Below, one piece after another: positions 20,396 to 30,389 of a stretch of 64,000 nt of DNA; position 1 is the first letter of the stretch, and the number at the start of each line of letters is the position of its first letter. Source of the DNA: Candidatus Latescibacterota bacterium (GTDB lineage: Bacteria > Krumholzibacteriota > Krumholzibacteriia > WVZY01 > JAKEHA01). The stretch is taken from NCBI GenBank assembly GCA_963707635.1, contig OY970173.1, positions 2,368,001 to 2,432,000 on the forward strand. The letters run 5' to 3'. Position numbers and translations under genes: made by a program. Under the pieces are notes generated by a model that searched no databases, was not told the origin of the DNA, and saw nothing but the letters and a program-made list of their open reading frames with translations.

Positions 20396-21811
20396 CTAGC
20401 CGGGTGTGGCCAGCACGTCGACCAGGGCGCGGACGAGGTCGCCCTCCTCGCCGGGGAGGATCGTGGTCATGTTCACGCGCACGTCGCTTCCCTTGACCCG
20501 GGTAAACACGGGCACCGCGCCGAGCCGCAGCGCGCGAGCGAGCCGAACCGCGTCGGCGTCGCTTTCGCCCCGGATCACCACCGCCGCCGATGGCACGCTC
20601 ACCGCCGAGAGGCTCCCACCCCCCACCACCGCTTCGTCGTCGGCGACGCGCAGCGGCCGCGCCACCCGCGTTCCGACGGCCGAGACCACGCGCGCGGCCC
20701 GCGCGCGCAGGTCCCCGGGATCCGCGAACGTGCACGCCAGCACCGGGACCTCGTCCCGGGGCACGCCCGCAAACAGATAGCTGCGCAGCACCTCCTGCAG
20801 CGCGGCGATCGCCACTTTATCAACGCGTACCACGCGTCGCAACGGGTTTTGCTTGAGGCGCGCGACGAACTCACGCGTGCCCAGAATGATTCCGGCCTGA
20901 ACGCCCCCGAGCAGTTTGTCGCCGCTCATCGTGACCGCGTCCACGCCTTCGGCGATCACCCGCTCCACCGTGGGGTCGCGCCCGACGCCCGCGCCCGCGA
21001 AGTCGTACACGGCGCCGCTCCCGAGGTCGTACACCACCTGGCAGGCGTGCGCGCGGGCGACCGCCACCAGCTCGCCGATGGTCGCTTCGTGCACGAATCC
21101 TTCGATCTCGTAGTTGCTCTTGTGGACCTTGAGGATCAGATCGCCGGGCTGCGCGACTTTTTCGTAGTCCGCCGCGTAGGTGCGGTTGGTGGTGCCGACC
21201 TCGATCACCCCGGCCGCCGCGTGACGCAGGATCTCGGGCAGGCGGAAGCTGCCCCCGATTTCGACCAGCTCGCCGCGCGACACGATCACGCGCCCGGGCG
21301 GCGAGCACGAATTCGCCGCGAGATAGACCGCGGCCGCGTTGTTGTTCACGACCATCGCCGCGTCGGCGCCGGTGAGCAGGCAGAACATCGCCTCGAGGAC
21401 GTCCCCCCGCTTCGCGCGCTCGCCGGTGGCGAGGTCGATTTCCAGGCTCACGTAGCCGCGCAGCGCGCGCGCGGCCGCCGCCACCGCGCGCTCGTGGAGC
21501 GGGGCGCGTCCGAGGTTGGTGTGGAGCACCACGCCGGTGCCGTTGAGCACCGGCCGCAGCCCGCCGCGGCGCAGCGTCTCGACGCGGGCCGCCAGCGTCT
21601 GCACGACCCGCTCCGTGACCGCTGCGCGGTCGGGGCGTTCGGCGATCCCGCCCGCTACCTCCGCGCGCAACTCGTCGAGTATCGCGCGCACCAGGCGCGT
21701 CCACGGAAGGTGCGGATGGTCGTGGCGCCAGGTCGCGAGCGCCGGGTGCGAGAGCACCTCGTCGACCGCCGGAATGGAGCGAAGGAAGTCGCGCGCGGGG
21801 GAATGGGTCAT
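20396..21811 (-). CDS. selA: L-seryl-tRNA(Sec) selenium transferase
   Basis: NGTGVVLHTNLGRAPL, VVNNNAAA, SRGELVEIGGSFRLPE, EVGTTNRT, SGDKLLGG (PLP lysine). Confidence 0.95.
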   Translation of the reverse strand: MTHSPARDFLRSIPAVDEVLSHPALATWRHDHPHLPWTRLVRAILDELRAEVAGGIAERPDRAAVTERVVQTLAARVETLRRGGLRPVLNGTGVVLHTNLGRAPLHERAVAAAARALRGYVSLEIDLATGERAKRGDVLEAMFCLLTGADAAMVVNNNAAAVYLAANSCSPPGRVIVSRGELVEIGGSFRLPEILRHAAAGVIEVGTTNRTYAADYEKVAQPGDLILKVHKSNYEIEGFVHEATIGELVAVARAHACQVVYDLGSGAVYDFAGAGVGRDPTVERVIAEGVDAVTMSGDKLLGGVQAGIILGTREFVARLKQNPLRRVVRVDKVAIAALQEVLRSYLFAGVPRDEVPVLACTFADPGDLRARAARVVSAVGTRVARPLRVADDEAVVGGGSLSAVSVPSAAVVIRGESDADAVRLARALRLGAVPVFTRVKGSDVRVNMTTILPGEEGDLVRALVDVLATPG

Positions 21812-21940
21812 GGTCAACGCCTCGGGCCGCACCGACGGCGGCAACGCGCATCGAGTTGCCTACCACAGGCCCCGGAGCGCGTCAAACGATTATGCAACAA
21901 TTTCTTGAAGCGTGCGGACGATTCTGCTACCCATCGCGCC

Positions 21941-24256
21941 ATGGTACGGCGCGCCGGTCGACATCGTGCTCGCATAATCGCCGCCGCGGCCGCGTTCTTC
22001 GCCGCCGTCGCCATCGCGTCCTGCGGCGGGGGGCCGCCGCCGGTGACCCGCCCGGACATGTCTCACCTCTACCGCGGTCTCGCCGCCCCGCTCCCTCCGA
22101 TCGACGCCACCACGCTCAAGGGGTTCTTCATCCTCATCGACCCCGGTCACGGCGGGACGTTCCGCGGGACCGTGGGTCAGGACAGCCTCGAGGAGGCCCA
22201 CGTCAATCTCGGGGTCTCGCTCTACCTGTGGGGGCTCCTGCGCGAAGCGGGCGCGGACGTCCGCCTGACCCGCTCCGTCGACCGCGACTTCTTGAGCGAC
22301 GGCGATTCCACGCTGGTGTTCGACCTGCAGTCGCGGGTCGACCTGGTCGATTCGCTCCTCCCCGACGTGTTCATCTCGATCCACCACAACGCGCAGCCGC
22401 AGCGGGACCCGACCATGAATCGCGTCGAGACTTATTACACCGCGGGCGACCCCGCGTCCCTCGACCTCGCCTTCGCGATCCATCGCCACCTGATGCGCAA
22501 CCTCGGGATCGACGTCGGCGAGGTGCGGCAGGGCAACTACTTCGTCCTGCGCAACGTCACCGTGCCGGCCGTGCTGGGCGAGTCCAGCTACCTCACCCAC
22601 CCCGGAGTCGAGGACAAGCTCCGCCTCTCCAGCACCCAGCAGCTCGAAGCGGAGGCCTACTTCCTCGGCATCCTGGATTATTGCCGGCGCGGCATCCCGC
22701 GCGTCACCGCCATCGAACCGATGGACACGATGCAAACCTCCGTGCCGGACGTGAGCTGCATGTTAGAAGATCGCGGCGGCCTCGGTATCGACCCGGACGG
22801 CGTCAGCATGACGATAAACGGAACCCCGGTGGCCGCGGTCCTGTCGTCCGACGGACGGCGCGCCGTCTACCGCATGCCGTGGGACGCGCCCAACGGCACC
22901 TACGAGGTGCAGGTGACGGCGCGAAACCTCGGGGGCAACACCAGCGCGCTTGGAAAGCGGCGCTTCGCGATCGCCCATCCGCCCGCGATGGTGGCGATCG
23001 ACCCGTCGCCCCCGCGCGCCCCGCGCGGCGGCAGCGTGCGGGTGCGCGCCCGCGTGCTTGACGGCCGCGGGCTCCCGGTCGCCGACGGAACGCCGGTGCG
23101 CCTGACGCGTCCGTCCGCTGACGCCGCCGCGACCCGCGTGCAGGCCGGCGCCGTCGAATTCACGCTTGCGGTTCCGGCCGCCCGCGCGAAGACCCTCGCG
23201 ATCGAGCTGGAATGCGCCGGTGTGCTCTTCGCGCGCGCGATCCCCGTCGACGCGGGGGCGGGCCGGCGCTGGCGTTCCATCGCGGTCCGTGACGCGGCAA
23301 CCGGCGCGCCCATTCTCTCCGGCTCGGTGGCGTTCGGCGACTCCGTGGCGGTCAGCGGATCGCCCTCCGGGGTGTACGGCTTCCTCGACCTCGGCACGCG
23401 CGCGCGCGTGATCGCGCCGGGCTTTCGTTCCGAGATCGTCGGCAGCGCCGACAGCGTCTCCCTCACCCCGTGGTTCGGAGGCGCGCTGCACGGCAAGCGC
23501 TTCGTGCTCGACCCCGAGGGCGGAACGCCGCGGGTGGCGGGCGCGGGGCAGATGGGGCTTTCGGCGTCGCACGTCAATCTGCGCGTCGCCACCTACCTCG
23601 CCGGCTACCTGCGCGAGGCCGGCGCCGAGGTGCGGGTGACGCGAGCGAGCGAAGAGGTCCGGCTGCCGGAGGACGTGGTGCGCCTGGTCAGTCGCTTCCG
23701 CGCGGACCGCTACCTCGAGATCCGTCACTCGGCGATGCCGGGCGACAGCGTGCCCGCGGTACGCACCTATTTCTTCCCGGGGAGCGCCAACGGCATGAAG
23801 TTCGCGCGCACGCTGGGCGAGACGATTGCGCAGCGGCTCGGGACGACACTCGTCGGCCCCGCGAGCCTCGTCACCTACCCGCTGCAGCAGACCGCGTGTC
23901 CCGCGATCGTGGTGACATTTCCATCCATCTCGATCATCGCGGAGGAGACGCGGCTCGATCAGGCGTCGTACCTGCGCGAGCAGGCGTACGCCGTCTTCGT
24001 CGGCCTGCTGCGACACTTCGGCGCGGCAGAGACCGCGTCCCTTACTTTCACCGTGGTCAACGATCCACGCGCCGACTGGCTCGTCACCCTCGACGACACG
24101 TGGACGCTGGTGACGGACGACGACGGCCGGGTCGTCTTCGACTGCCTCGCGCCGGGCGCGCACGGGATTGCCTTGCGTCGCGGCGATCACGTCGAGTGGG
24201 TCCCCGTGACCGTTACGAAGGGGGTCAACCAGCTGAACATGGACAGCATTGAATAG
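21941..24256 (+). CDS. N-acetylmuramoyl-L-alanine amidase (Amidase_3) lipoprotein with Ig-like linkers and a second, degenerate amidase domain
   Basis: Lipobox IASC; first domain IDPGHGG...EEAHVN...SIHHN...PAVLGESSY; second repeat VLDPEGG...LEIRHS...PAIVVTF. Confidence 0.85.
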   Translation: MVRRAGRHRARIIAAAAAFFAAVAIASCGGGPPPVTRPDMSHLYRGLAAPLPPIDATTLKGFFILIDPGHGGTFRGTVGQDSLEEAHVNLGVSLYLWGLLREAGADVRLTRSVDRDFLSDGDSTLVFDLQSRVDLVDSLLPDVFISIHHNAQPQRDPTMNRVETYYTAGDPASLDLAFAIHRHLMRNLGIDVGEVRQGNYFVLRNVTVPAVLGESSYLTHPGVEDKLRLSSTQQLEAEAYFLGILDYCRRGIPRVTAIEPMDTMQTSVPDVSCMLEDRGGLGIDPDGVSMTINGTPVAAVLSSDGRRAVYRMPWDAPNGTYEVQVTARNLGGNTSALGKRRFAIAHPPAMVAIDPSPPRAPRGGSVRVRARVLDGRGLPVADGTPVRLTRPSADAAATRVQAGAVEFTLAVPAARAKTLAIELECAGVLFARAIPVDAGAGRRWRSIAVRDAATGAPILSGSVAFGDSVAVSGSPSGVYGFLDLGTRARVIAPGFRSEIVGSADSVSLTPWFGGALHGKRFVLDPEGGTPRVAGAGQMGLSASHVNLRVATYLAGYLREAGAEVRVTRASEEVRLPEDVVRLVSRFRADRYLEIRHSAMPGDSVPAVRTYFFPGSANGMKFARTLGETIAQRLGTTLVGPASLVTYPLQQTACPAIVVTFPSISIIAEETRLDQASYLREQAYAVFVGLLRHFGAAETASLTFTVVNDPRADWLVTLDDTWTLVTDDDGRVVFDCLAPGAHGIALRRGDHVEWVPVTVTKGVNQLNMDSIE

Positions 24257-24274
24257 CGCGCGCCGCCTGCTCCG

Positions 24275-24303
24275 TTGACTCCCCGCACCTGCCCGCCTAT
24301 CAT
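24275..24303 (+). promoter_or_regulatory. Putative sigma70 promoter for the TonB gene
   Basis: TTGACT-N17-TATCAT. Confidence 0.6.
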
Positions 24304-24343
24304 TGAAGGGAAGGCTTCCCCACGTGCCACCAAAGGAATCCGC

Positions 24344-25018
24344 ATGCCGACGAGTTACTGGGATCGGGAGGCATCGTACCGGAAGCGCATCGGCGTCATC
24401 ATTCCGGTCGCGGTGGGCCTGATCCTCGCGCCGTTTTTCCTGTCGGGTAGACTCGAATACCGGGAAGACTCGCCCTTCGTGGGGTGGCGCGGGCCGATCG
24501 AGTTGCTCCCCGAGATCACCGTCGAACCCGAGCCCGTCTCGCCCGCCGCGACGCCGGCGGCATCACCGCCGGTCAAGCCCGAACCCCCGACGCCCCAGGA
24601 ATCGGTCGCACTCGACGACGCCGAAGCGAGCACCGTGGAGACCGGCCCGACCGACCTCGAATCCAATCCGCCGCGCGTCGCGCGCGCGTCGTCGCGGGTC
24701 GAGCGGATCGAGCCGCTGGCCTCGCCCCCCCAGTCGGCGTCTTATTCGGAGAACTACGTCATCCTGCACATGATCAAGCCGACCTATCCGCCCCGCGAGC
24801 TGGCGGATGGCATCGAAGCAAATGTCACGGTTGAGCTCGTCGTCGACGAGCGCGGGCAGGTGGTGGAGGCGAACGTGCTGTCCGCCATCGGACCGGTGAG
24901 TTTTCAGGAGTCGACGCTCGCGGCCGTGCGCCAGTTCCGGTTCCAGCCGCCGATCGAGGACGGCAAGCCCGCGAGCATGCGGATCAAGTTCCTCGTCAAG
25001 TTCCGGATCCTCGCGTGA
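24344..25018 (+). CDS. TonB-family energy transducer
   Basis: N-terminal TM, Pro-rich linker, TonB_C domain (KPTYP...VELVVDERGQV...AVRQFRFQPPIEDGKP). Confidence 0.85.
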   Translation: MPTSYWDREASYRKRIGVIIPVAVGLILAPFFLSGRLEYREDSPFVGWRGPIELLPEITVEPEPVSPAATPAASPPVKPEPPTPQESVALDDAEASTVETGPTDLESNPPRVARASSRVERIEPLASPPQSASYSENYVILHMIKPTYPPRELADGIEANVTVELVVDERGQVVEANVLSAIGPVSFQESTLAAVRQFRFQPPIEDGKPASMRIKFLVKFRILA

Positions 25019-25034
25019 CGCGCTCGCCGGCGGT

Positions 25035-26792
25035 TCAGCGTCGCGCGAAGATCTCCGGTCGTCCGTCGCGCACCCGCACCAGCGGCACCGCCGCGGCGCG
25101 CGCCGCGCGCACCTCCGCGTCGCCCTTGAGGGTGCGGTCCAGGAACGCGCGCACGTCCTCGCGCGAGGACGCGCCGTCCTCGAGCGCGGAAAGGATCATG
25201 CGGGTGCCGTAGTAGCCCGCCACCGTCACCGGGCTGACTTCGGTAGCCCCGCTGGCGATGATCTTCTCGCGGAGCGCCCGATCCTGCTCCGGCGTGGAGC
25301 CGTAGTGTGATTCGGCCGGGAACAGGGCGCCCTCGAGCTCGTCGCGCGCCATGCGCAGCAGCTTGTCGGAATTCCACTGGCTCAGTCCCAGCAACTGCAC
25401 CTGCAGGTCGTGGAACTTCACCTGCGGCAGGATCTGCAGCAGCTCGTCGATGCTACCGGCGACGAAGAGCGCATCCGGCGTGGCGTCGCGAATCTTCTCG
25501 AGACCGGCGCGAAAATCGGTCCCGCCTTCTTCGAAATATTCGGCCGCGATGACCTGGCGCCCCAGGCGCCGGACTTCCTGCGCGAAGAAGTCCGCGATGT
25601 CGCGGCGGTCGCCGCGGGCGGGGGCCAGGACCGCGAATCGTTCCAGCGCGAGGCTTGCGACGGCGGCCTCCGCCACGGCGGTGGCCTCGACGGTGGAGGG
25701 GACGCGGGTCTGAAACACGCACGACCCGATTTCCGTCAGCTCGTCCGACGCGACCACCGGCGACACGATCGGCGTGCGCCACGCGTTGGCTTCGATGGCG
25801 CCGGCCACGGCCGGGAGTGTGAACAGGTCGCCGACCACCGCGATGGCGCCGTCCTCCACCACCAGCCGGCGCACCGCCTTCACCGCGCCCACCGCCCCGC
25901 CGTGCGAATCCGCCACCACCAGGCTCAGGCGGCGCGGCCGCGACGCGTTGTGTTCGTCGACCGCGAGCTTTGCGCCCTGTTCGAAGAGCCGCCCGTAGAG
26001 TGCGAGGTTTCCGGTCTGCGGAAGGAGTGCCCCCACCAGGTCGGGGTTGACCCGGGTGGCAGGGCCCGGCGGCGGGGTCTGTCGCCGCTCCGCCGCGAGC
26101 TCCATGAGACGCCGCGCGTCGTCGCCGGACTCGCTCTGCGGCAGGGATTGCAGGTAGGAGAAAAGCAGCTCGTGGCACCGGTCGTAGTCGCCGGCGGCGT
26201 ACGCGGAACGCGCCTGCTTGAGCGTGGCCGCGCGCGCGATCGCCGAGTCGGGGTGCTTGCGCGCGAGTGCATCGAGGTCGGCGGTGGTCAGTCCCCGGTC
26301 GACGACTGCGTTGAGCCTCCGCGACGCGTCGGCCCGCGTCCCCGCGTCGGCCGGCGAATCCAAGAGCTCGATCAACGCCTCGGCCTCGCGCGCCGGGTCA
26401 CCCAGGTGGTCGTACGCCTCGGCGGCTCCGTCCAGCGCGCGCACCCGGAAACGGCTGGCCGGGTAGTCGCGCACCAGCGTATCGAAATACGTCGCCGCGG
26501 AGGCGAACTGCTCCTGCGCCGCCGCCACGTCGCCGGCCAGGAGGAGCGCTTCGTCGGCGCGGGCAAAACGGGGATAGTGGTTCACGAGATCGCTGGCCGT
26601 GAGCGCGGCCGCGTCCAGCCGGCCGGCGGTGCGATCCGCCTGGAGCGACGCGAAGAGCTCTTCGGCGCGCGCCTGCTCGGCGGGACCGTAGGCGCTCGAC
26701 TTGCGCCCGACCTGGGCGCACCCGACCAGCGCGCCCAGCACCAGCGCGCAGACGGTCGCCCGAAGGGCGCCGTGCGATTGACGCAACGCCAT
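25035..26792 (-). CDS. LpoA/LppC-like lipoprotein (TPR plus periplasmic-binding-protein fold; PBP activator-like)
   Basis: Lipobox LVGC; TPR helices; VGALLPQTGNLALYG...AVVGDLF...PDALFVAG. Confidence 0.75.
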   Translation of the reverse strand: MALRQSHGALRATVCALVLGALVGCAQVGRKSSAYGPAEQARAEELFASLQADRTAGRLDAAALTASDLVNHYPRFARADEALLLAGDVAAAQEQFASAATYFDTLVRDYPASRFRVRALDGAAEAYDHLGDPAREAEALIELLDSPADAGTRADASRRLNAVVDRGLTTADLDALARKHPDSAIARAATLKQARSAYAAGDYDRCHELLFSYLQSLPQSESGDDARRLMELAAERRQTPPPGPATRVNPDLVGALLPQTGNLALYGRLFEQGAKLAVDEHNASRPRRLSLVVADSHGGAVGAVKAVRRLVVEDGAIAVVGDLFTLPAVAGAIEANAWRTPIVSPVVASDELTEIGSCVFQTRVPSTVEATAVAEAAVASLALERFAVLAPARGDRRDIADFFAQEVRRLGRQVIAAEYFEEGGTDFRAGLEKIRDATPDALFVAGSIDELLQILPQVKFHDLQVQLLGLSQWNSDKLLRMARDELEGALFPAESHYGSTPEQDRALREKIIASGATEVSPVTVAGYYGTRMILSALEDGASSREDVRAFLDRTLKGDAEVRAARAAAVPLVRVRDGRPEIFARR

Positions 26793-27286
26793 CAGAACTC
26801 TCCCGGGTCGAGATCCTTCAAGTAGCGGCGCAGTTCGTCGTCGCGGTTCGGTTCGGCCCCGGCTTCGCCCTCCGCAGACCGCTTGTGCGACGCGAACACG
26901 TCCTGGGCGACGAAGATGGGCGCGTCGAACTTGAGCGCGAGCGCGACGGAGTCGCTGGGCCGGGCATCGATGGCGATCACATCGTTGTCCCGTTGCAGGT
27001 AGACGCGGGCATAGAAGGTGTTGTTGCGCAGCTCGGTGATGGCGACCTTCACCAGAGTGGCACCCAGGCCCTCGATGGTCGCGCGCAGCAGGTCGTGCGT
27101 GAGCGGCCGCTCGAACTTCTCGCCCTTCATGTGCAGTTCGATCGCCATGCCTTCCGCCTGACCGATCCAAATCGGGAGCACCTCGCCGCCCTCGATGCTC
27201 TTCAGGAGGACCACCGGATTGTCGCGTGGATCGCGGGCCAGGCCGCTTACGGTGACGCGCACGAATTGCCTCTCATCGTGGGTCAC
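26792..27286 (-). CDS. Bifunctional nuclease family protein (DUF151)
   Basis: LPIWIGQAEG, RPLTHDLL, IDARPSDSVALA. Confidence 0.92.
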   Translation of the reverse strand: MTHDERQFVRVTVSGLARDPRDNPVVLLKSIEGGEVLPIWIGQAEGMAIELHMKGEKFERPLTHDLLRATIEGLGATLVKVAITELRNNTFYARVYLQRDNDVIAIDARPSDSVALALKFDAPIFVAQDVFASHKRSAEGEAGAEPNRDDELRRYLKDLDPGEF

Positions 27287-27299
27287 GGCCGGTCCGCGG

Positions 27300-28517
27300 T
27301 CAGTTGCTCTTCTGTTCGATCTGGCGGTTGAGGTCGTCGAGATCCTCGAACTTGGGCAGCGGCTCGCTCAGGTTGTCGAGCATCCACTTGGCGGTCTGCG
27401 CCATGTCGCTTTCGGGGTACTTCTCGACGACTTCGTCGAACGCCCGGCCGGCCATCGCGTAGTCCTTCACTTCCTCGGCGTACACGAAGCCGATCATGAA
27501 CAGGGCCTGCGGCGCGAACTTGTCGGTCGGATACTTGTCGACGATCTCCTGAAACGCAGCGATGCGGTGGAGCGGCTCCGTGGTGTTCTGGGCGTACTCG
27601 AATAGCTCCGCCGGCCCGCGCTGGGTCTTCTGGTACTCATCGTCCATGTAATTGTGGGCCTGGTAGCCCTTTTCAGTTTCTGCGAAGTGCGCGGCGCGCA
27701 CGGCTTCGAGCTTCTCGCGCGAAAGGCGATCCACGATCTCTTCGTGCACGTCGTCGTAGGGCCTGAGTTCCGCGGGTTTCTTTTCGTTGATGCGCACCAG
27801 CGAATAACCCCGCTCCCACTTGATCGGACCGTAGATCTTGCCCGGCTCCATGGTGACGACCTGGTCGGTGAAGACTTGCGAGTACCCCACGCCCTTAATG
27901 TAACCGCCGGGGTTGAAGTATCCCATGTCCCCGCCGTCCGCGCGGGTGAGCTCATCCTCGGAGTACATGTGCGCCATGGTCGTCAGCTTCTCGCCACCTT
28001 CTTCCACCCGCCGCTTAATGTCTTCCAGCTTCTTCCTGTCCTTCGAAAACACCTGCTGCGCCCGGATCGTCTCCAGCGTCGTGTAGAGGTCCTGGTGGGT
28101 TTCGTAGTACGTGTGTATCTCCTCTTCAGTGGGCCGCGCCTTCACATCCACCCTGTCCTTGAGGTACGCGCTCACCAGGATCGACCGCGTCGTCTGCTCG
28201 ATCTGCTTCCGGACTTCTTCATTGCTGGCGAGCTTTTCCTTCTGCGCTTCGCGGTATGCGATTTCTTCCTGCATGAGCCGTTCCGCGAGCTCGGCGCGGC
28301 CCTCCGGGGTGTCGTACTTGCCCCGCTGGCTCTCCGGCATTTGGCGCAGAATATCTTCGAGTTCGTCCCGCGTCAGCGACCAGTCATCGACAGTGGCCGC
28401 GAGTTTCTCTTCGGGCACCGCGGTGCGCTGGTCGGACTTCTTTCCGCAGCCGCCGGCCGCCGCGATCGCGAATGCGGACAGCAAAACAGCGCGCCGGCTC
28501 ATCACCAATATGCTCAT
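27300..28517 (-). CDS. Parvulin/PpiC-type peptidyl-prolyl isomerase lipoprotein (PrsA/SurA-like) with C-terminal TPR
   Basis: GGAGGAG RBS before ATG 28517; lipoprotein Cys (GGCGKK); YSEDELTRADGGDMGYF; TPR APQALFMIGFVY. Confidence 0.8.
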   Translation of the reverse strand: MSILVMSRRAVLLSAFAIAAAGGCGKKSDQRTAVPEEKLAATVDDWSLTRDELEDILRQMPESQRGKYDTPEGRAELAERLMQEEIAYREAQKEKLASNEEVRKQIEQTTRSILVSAYLKDRVDVKARPTEEEIHTYYETHQDLYTTLETIRAQQVFSKDRKKLEDIKRRVEEGGEKLTTMAHMYSEDELTRADGGDMGYFNPGGYIKGVGYSQVFTDQVVTMEPGKIYGPIKWERGYSLVRINEKKPAELRPYDDVHEEIVDRLSREKLEAVRAAHFAETEKGYQAHNYMDDEYQKTQRGPAELFEYAQNTTEPLHRIAAFQEIVDKYPTDKFAPQALFMIGFVYAEEVKDYAMAGRAFDEVVEKYPESDMAQTAKWMLDNLSEPLPKFEDLDDLNRQIEQKSN

Positions 28518-28539
28518 GACCGATTCTCCTCCGTGTTCT

Positions 28540-29610
28540 CTAGACAATGTCGTCTCGACCCCGGCGCCTTAGTTCCGCCACGATACGCTTGACGTCCTGG
28601 GCCCGGTCCCGCCGGCATACGAGCAGGGCGTCGCCTGCGCTAACCACGATCACGTCGTCCACCCCCACCAGCCCCACCAGACGGTCCGCCGACACGATGG
28701 TGTTGTTCGATCCGTCGATCACCACGTGCTCACCCACCGCGACGTTTCCAGCTTCATCCGCAGGCCGCACGTCGCGGACGAACTCCCAGCTCCCGACGTC
28801 GTTCCATCCAAAGTCGACCGGCATCACGGCGACATTGTCGGCTTTTTCCATCACGCCGTAGTCGACCGAGACCGCAGGTGCCAGGCGGTACTCGCGATTC
28901 AACACCTCGTCGAGCGAGTGCGTTCCGAGCCCGGTCTCGACGCGGCGCAGCACCGATGCCAGCTCGGGCAGGTGCCGCTCGATCTGGTCGAGCACGGTGC
29001 CGGTCCGCCACATGAACATCCCGCTGTTCCAGAGGCACCCCGAGGCCACCAGCTCGCGCGCCCGCTCGGGAGACGGTTTCTCGACGAACCCCCCTACCCG
29101 GCACACGCGCGCGGCGCCGTCACGCCACACCTCCGCACCCACCCGCAGGTAGCCGTAGCCGGTTTCCGGGCGTGTCGGTGTCACCCCGAAGGTGAGCAGC
29201 GCGTCGTGGGTTTCCACGTAGCGCGACCCAGCGCGCGCCGCGTCCCGGAAGCGCTCCGCCGGCTCGACCAGATGATCGGCCGGCAACACCAGCATCGGGG
29301 CGTCGCCGTGGGTCCGGCGCGCGAGCAGGGCGGCAAGTCCGATGCACGGGGCGGTGTTGCGCCCCTCCGGCTCGCCGATGACGTTTTCCGGCGGGACCGC
29401 TCCCGCGACCTCGGCGAGGATCGCTCCCCGCTGCTCCGCGCTGGTCAGGACTAGGATCTCGTTCGCGCGAGCGAGATCGCCAACCCGTTCGAGGGTGACG
29501 CGCAGCATGCTGCCCCGGCCGGTCAGGTCGAGCAGCTGCTTCGGACGCAGCCGCCGGCTCGCGGGCCAGAACCGCTCCCCCACCCCTCCGGCCATGATCA
29601 GGACGAGCAC
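28540..29610 (-). CDS. manC: Mannose-1-phosphate guanylyltransferase
   Basis: IMAGGVGERFWPASR...PKQLL, EPEGRNTAP, PADH, FVEKP, WNSGMF, SVDYGVMEK, WNDVGSW. Confidence 0.94.
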   Translation of the reverse strand: MLVLIMAGGVGERFWPASRRLRPKQLLDLTGRGSMLRVTLERVGDLARANEILVLTSAEQRGAILAEVAGAVPPENVIGEPEGRNTAPCIGLAALLARRTHGDAPMLVLPADHLVEPAERFRDAARAGSRYVETHDALLTFGVTPTRPETGYGYLRVGAEVWRDGAARVCRVGGFVEKPSPERARELVASGCLWNSGMFMWRTGTVLDQIERHLPELASVLRRVETGLGTHSLDEVLNREYRLAPAVSVDYGVMEKADNVAVMPVDFGWNDVGSWEFVRDVRPADEAGNVAVGEHVVIDGSNNTIVSADRLVGLVGVDDVIVVSAGDALLVCRRDRAQDVKRIVAELRRRGRDDIV

Positions 29611-29631
29611 GGCGGCTCCCTCGCTGGGAAG

Positions 29632-30075
29632 CTACTCCTTCACTACCCAGACCTTGATCGGCACGGACACCTCGCGGTGGAGCCTCAAGTCGACGGTGAA
29701 CACGCCGATCTGCTTGATGGGCTCTTCCAGCATGATCTGACGCCGGTCGACCTCGTGCCCCTGCTCGCGCAACTTGCGCGTGATATCCAGGGTGGTGACG
29801 GATCCGTACAACTTCTCCTCCTCGCCCACCTGCACCGCGATCGTCACCGAGACGTCGGCGAACTTCACCGCCAGCGCGCGCGCGTCCTCCATGGCCACCA
29901 GGTCACGCTTGATCAGCGTTCGCTCGTTCTCCTGGAACACGCGCCGGTTGGCGTCGGTCGCGGCGAGCGCCAGGTTGCGCGGAAACAGATAGTTGCGCGC
30001 GAAGCCCGGCTTGACCTTCACGACTTGACCGCGGTTGCCGAGCTTGTCCACCGCGTCGAGAAGTATGATATCCAC
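29632..30075 (-). CDS. rplI: 50S ribosomal protein L9
   Basis: LGNRGQVVKVKPGFARNYLFP, KLYGSVT; GTG start after GAGGAGG. Confidence 0.96.
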   Translation of the reverse strand: MDIILLDAVDKLGNRGQVVKVKPGFARNYLFPRNLALAATDANRRVFQENERTLIKRDLVAMEDARALAVKFADVSVTIAVQVGEEEKLYGSVTTLDITRKLREQGHEVDRRQIMLEEPIKQIGVFTVDLRLHREVSVPIKVWVVKE

Positions 30076-30095
30076 GATGAGTTCCTCCTCGATAG

Positions 30096-30389
30096 CTAGC
30101 GGTAGTATTCGCGAACGTACGGCACCAGCGCAATCAGGCGCGCGCGCTTGACCGCCGACGCCAGCATGCGCTGGTGCTTCGCGCACGTGCCGGTGATCCT
30201 GCGCGGCGTGATCTTGCCGCGGTCGGTCATGAAACGGCGCAGGCGACGTTCGTCTTTGTAGTCCAAATAGGTGACACGGTCGAGACAGAACTTGCACTTC
30301 TTCTTGCGCATTGGGCGCTTGTCGCGCTTTTCTCTCTTCTCGCCCTTGTCTTCCTTTTTCTCGCCTTTCTTTCTCGCTGCCCTACCCAC
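30096..30389 (-). CDS. rpsR: 30S ribosomal protein S18 (Zn-binding C+ form, charged N-terminal extension)
   Basis: RKKKCKFC...LDYKD...[18 protein letters not shown]. Confidence 0.96.
   Translation of the reverse strand: MGRAARKKGEKKEDKGEKREKRDKRPMRKKKCKFCLDRVTYLDYKDERRLRRFMTDRGKITPRRITGTCAKHQRMLASAVKRARLIALVPYVREYYR

Noticed and set aside
20849..21940. N-terminal extension of the 1135-aa amidase ORF
   Set aside because: It lies antisense to selA. The real start is the lipoprotein signal at 21941.
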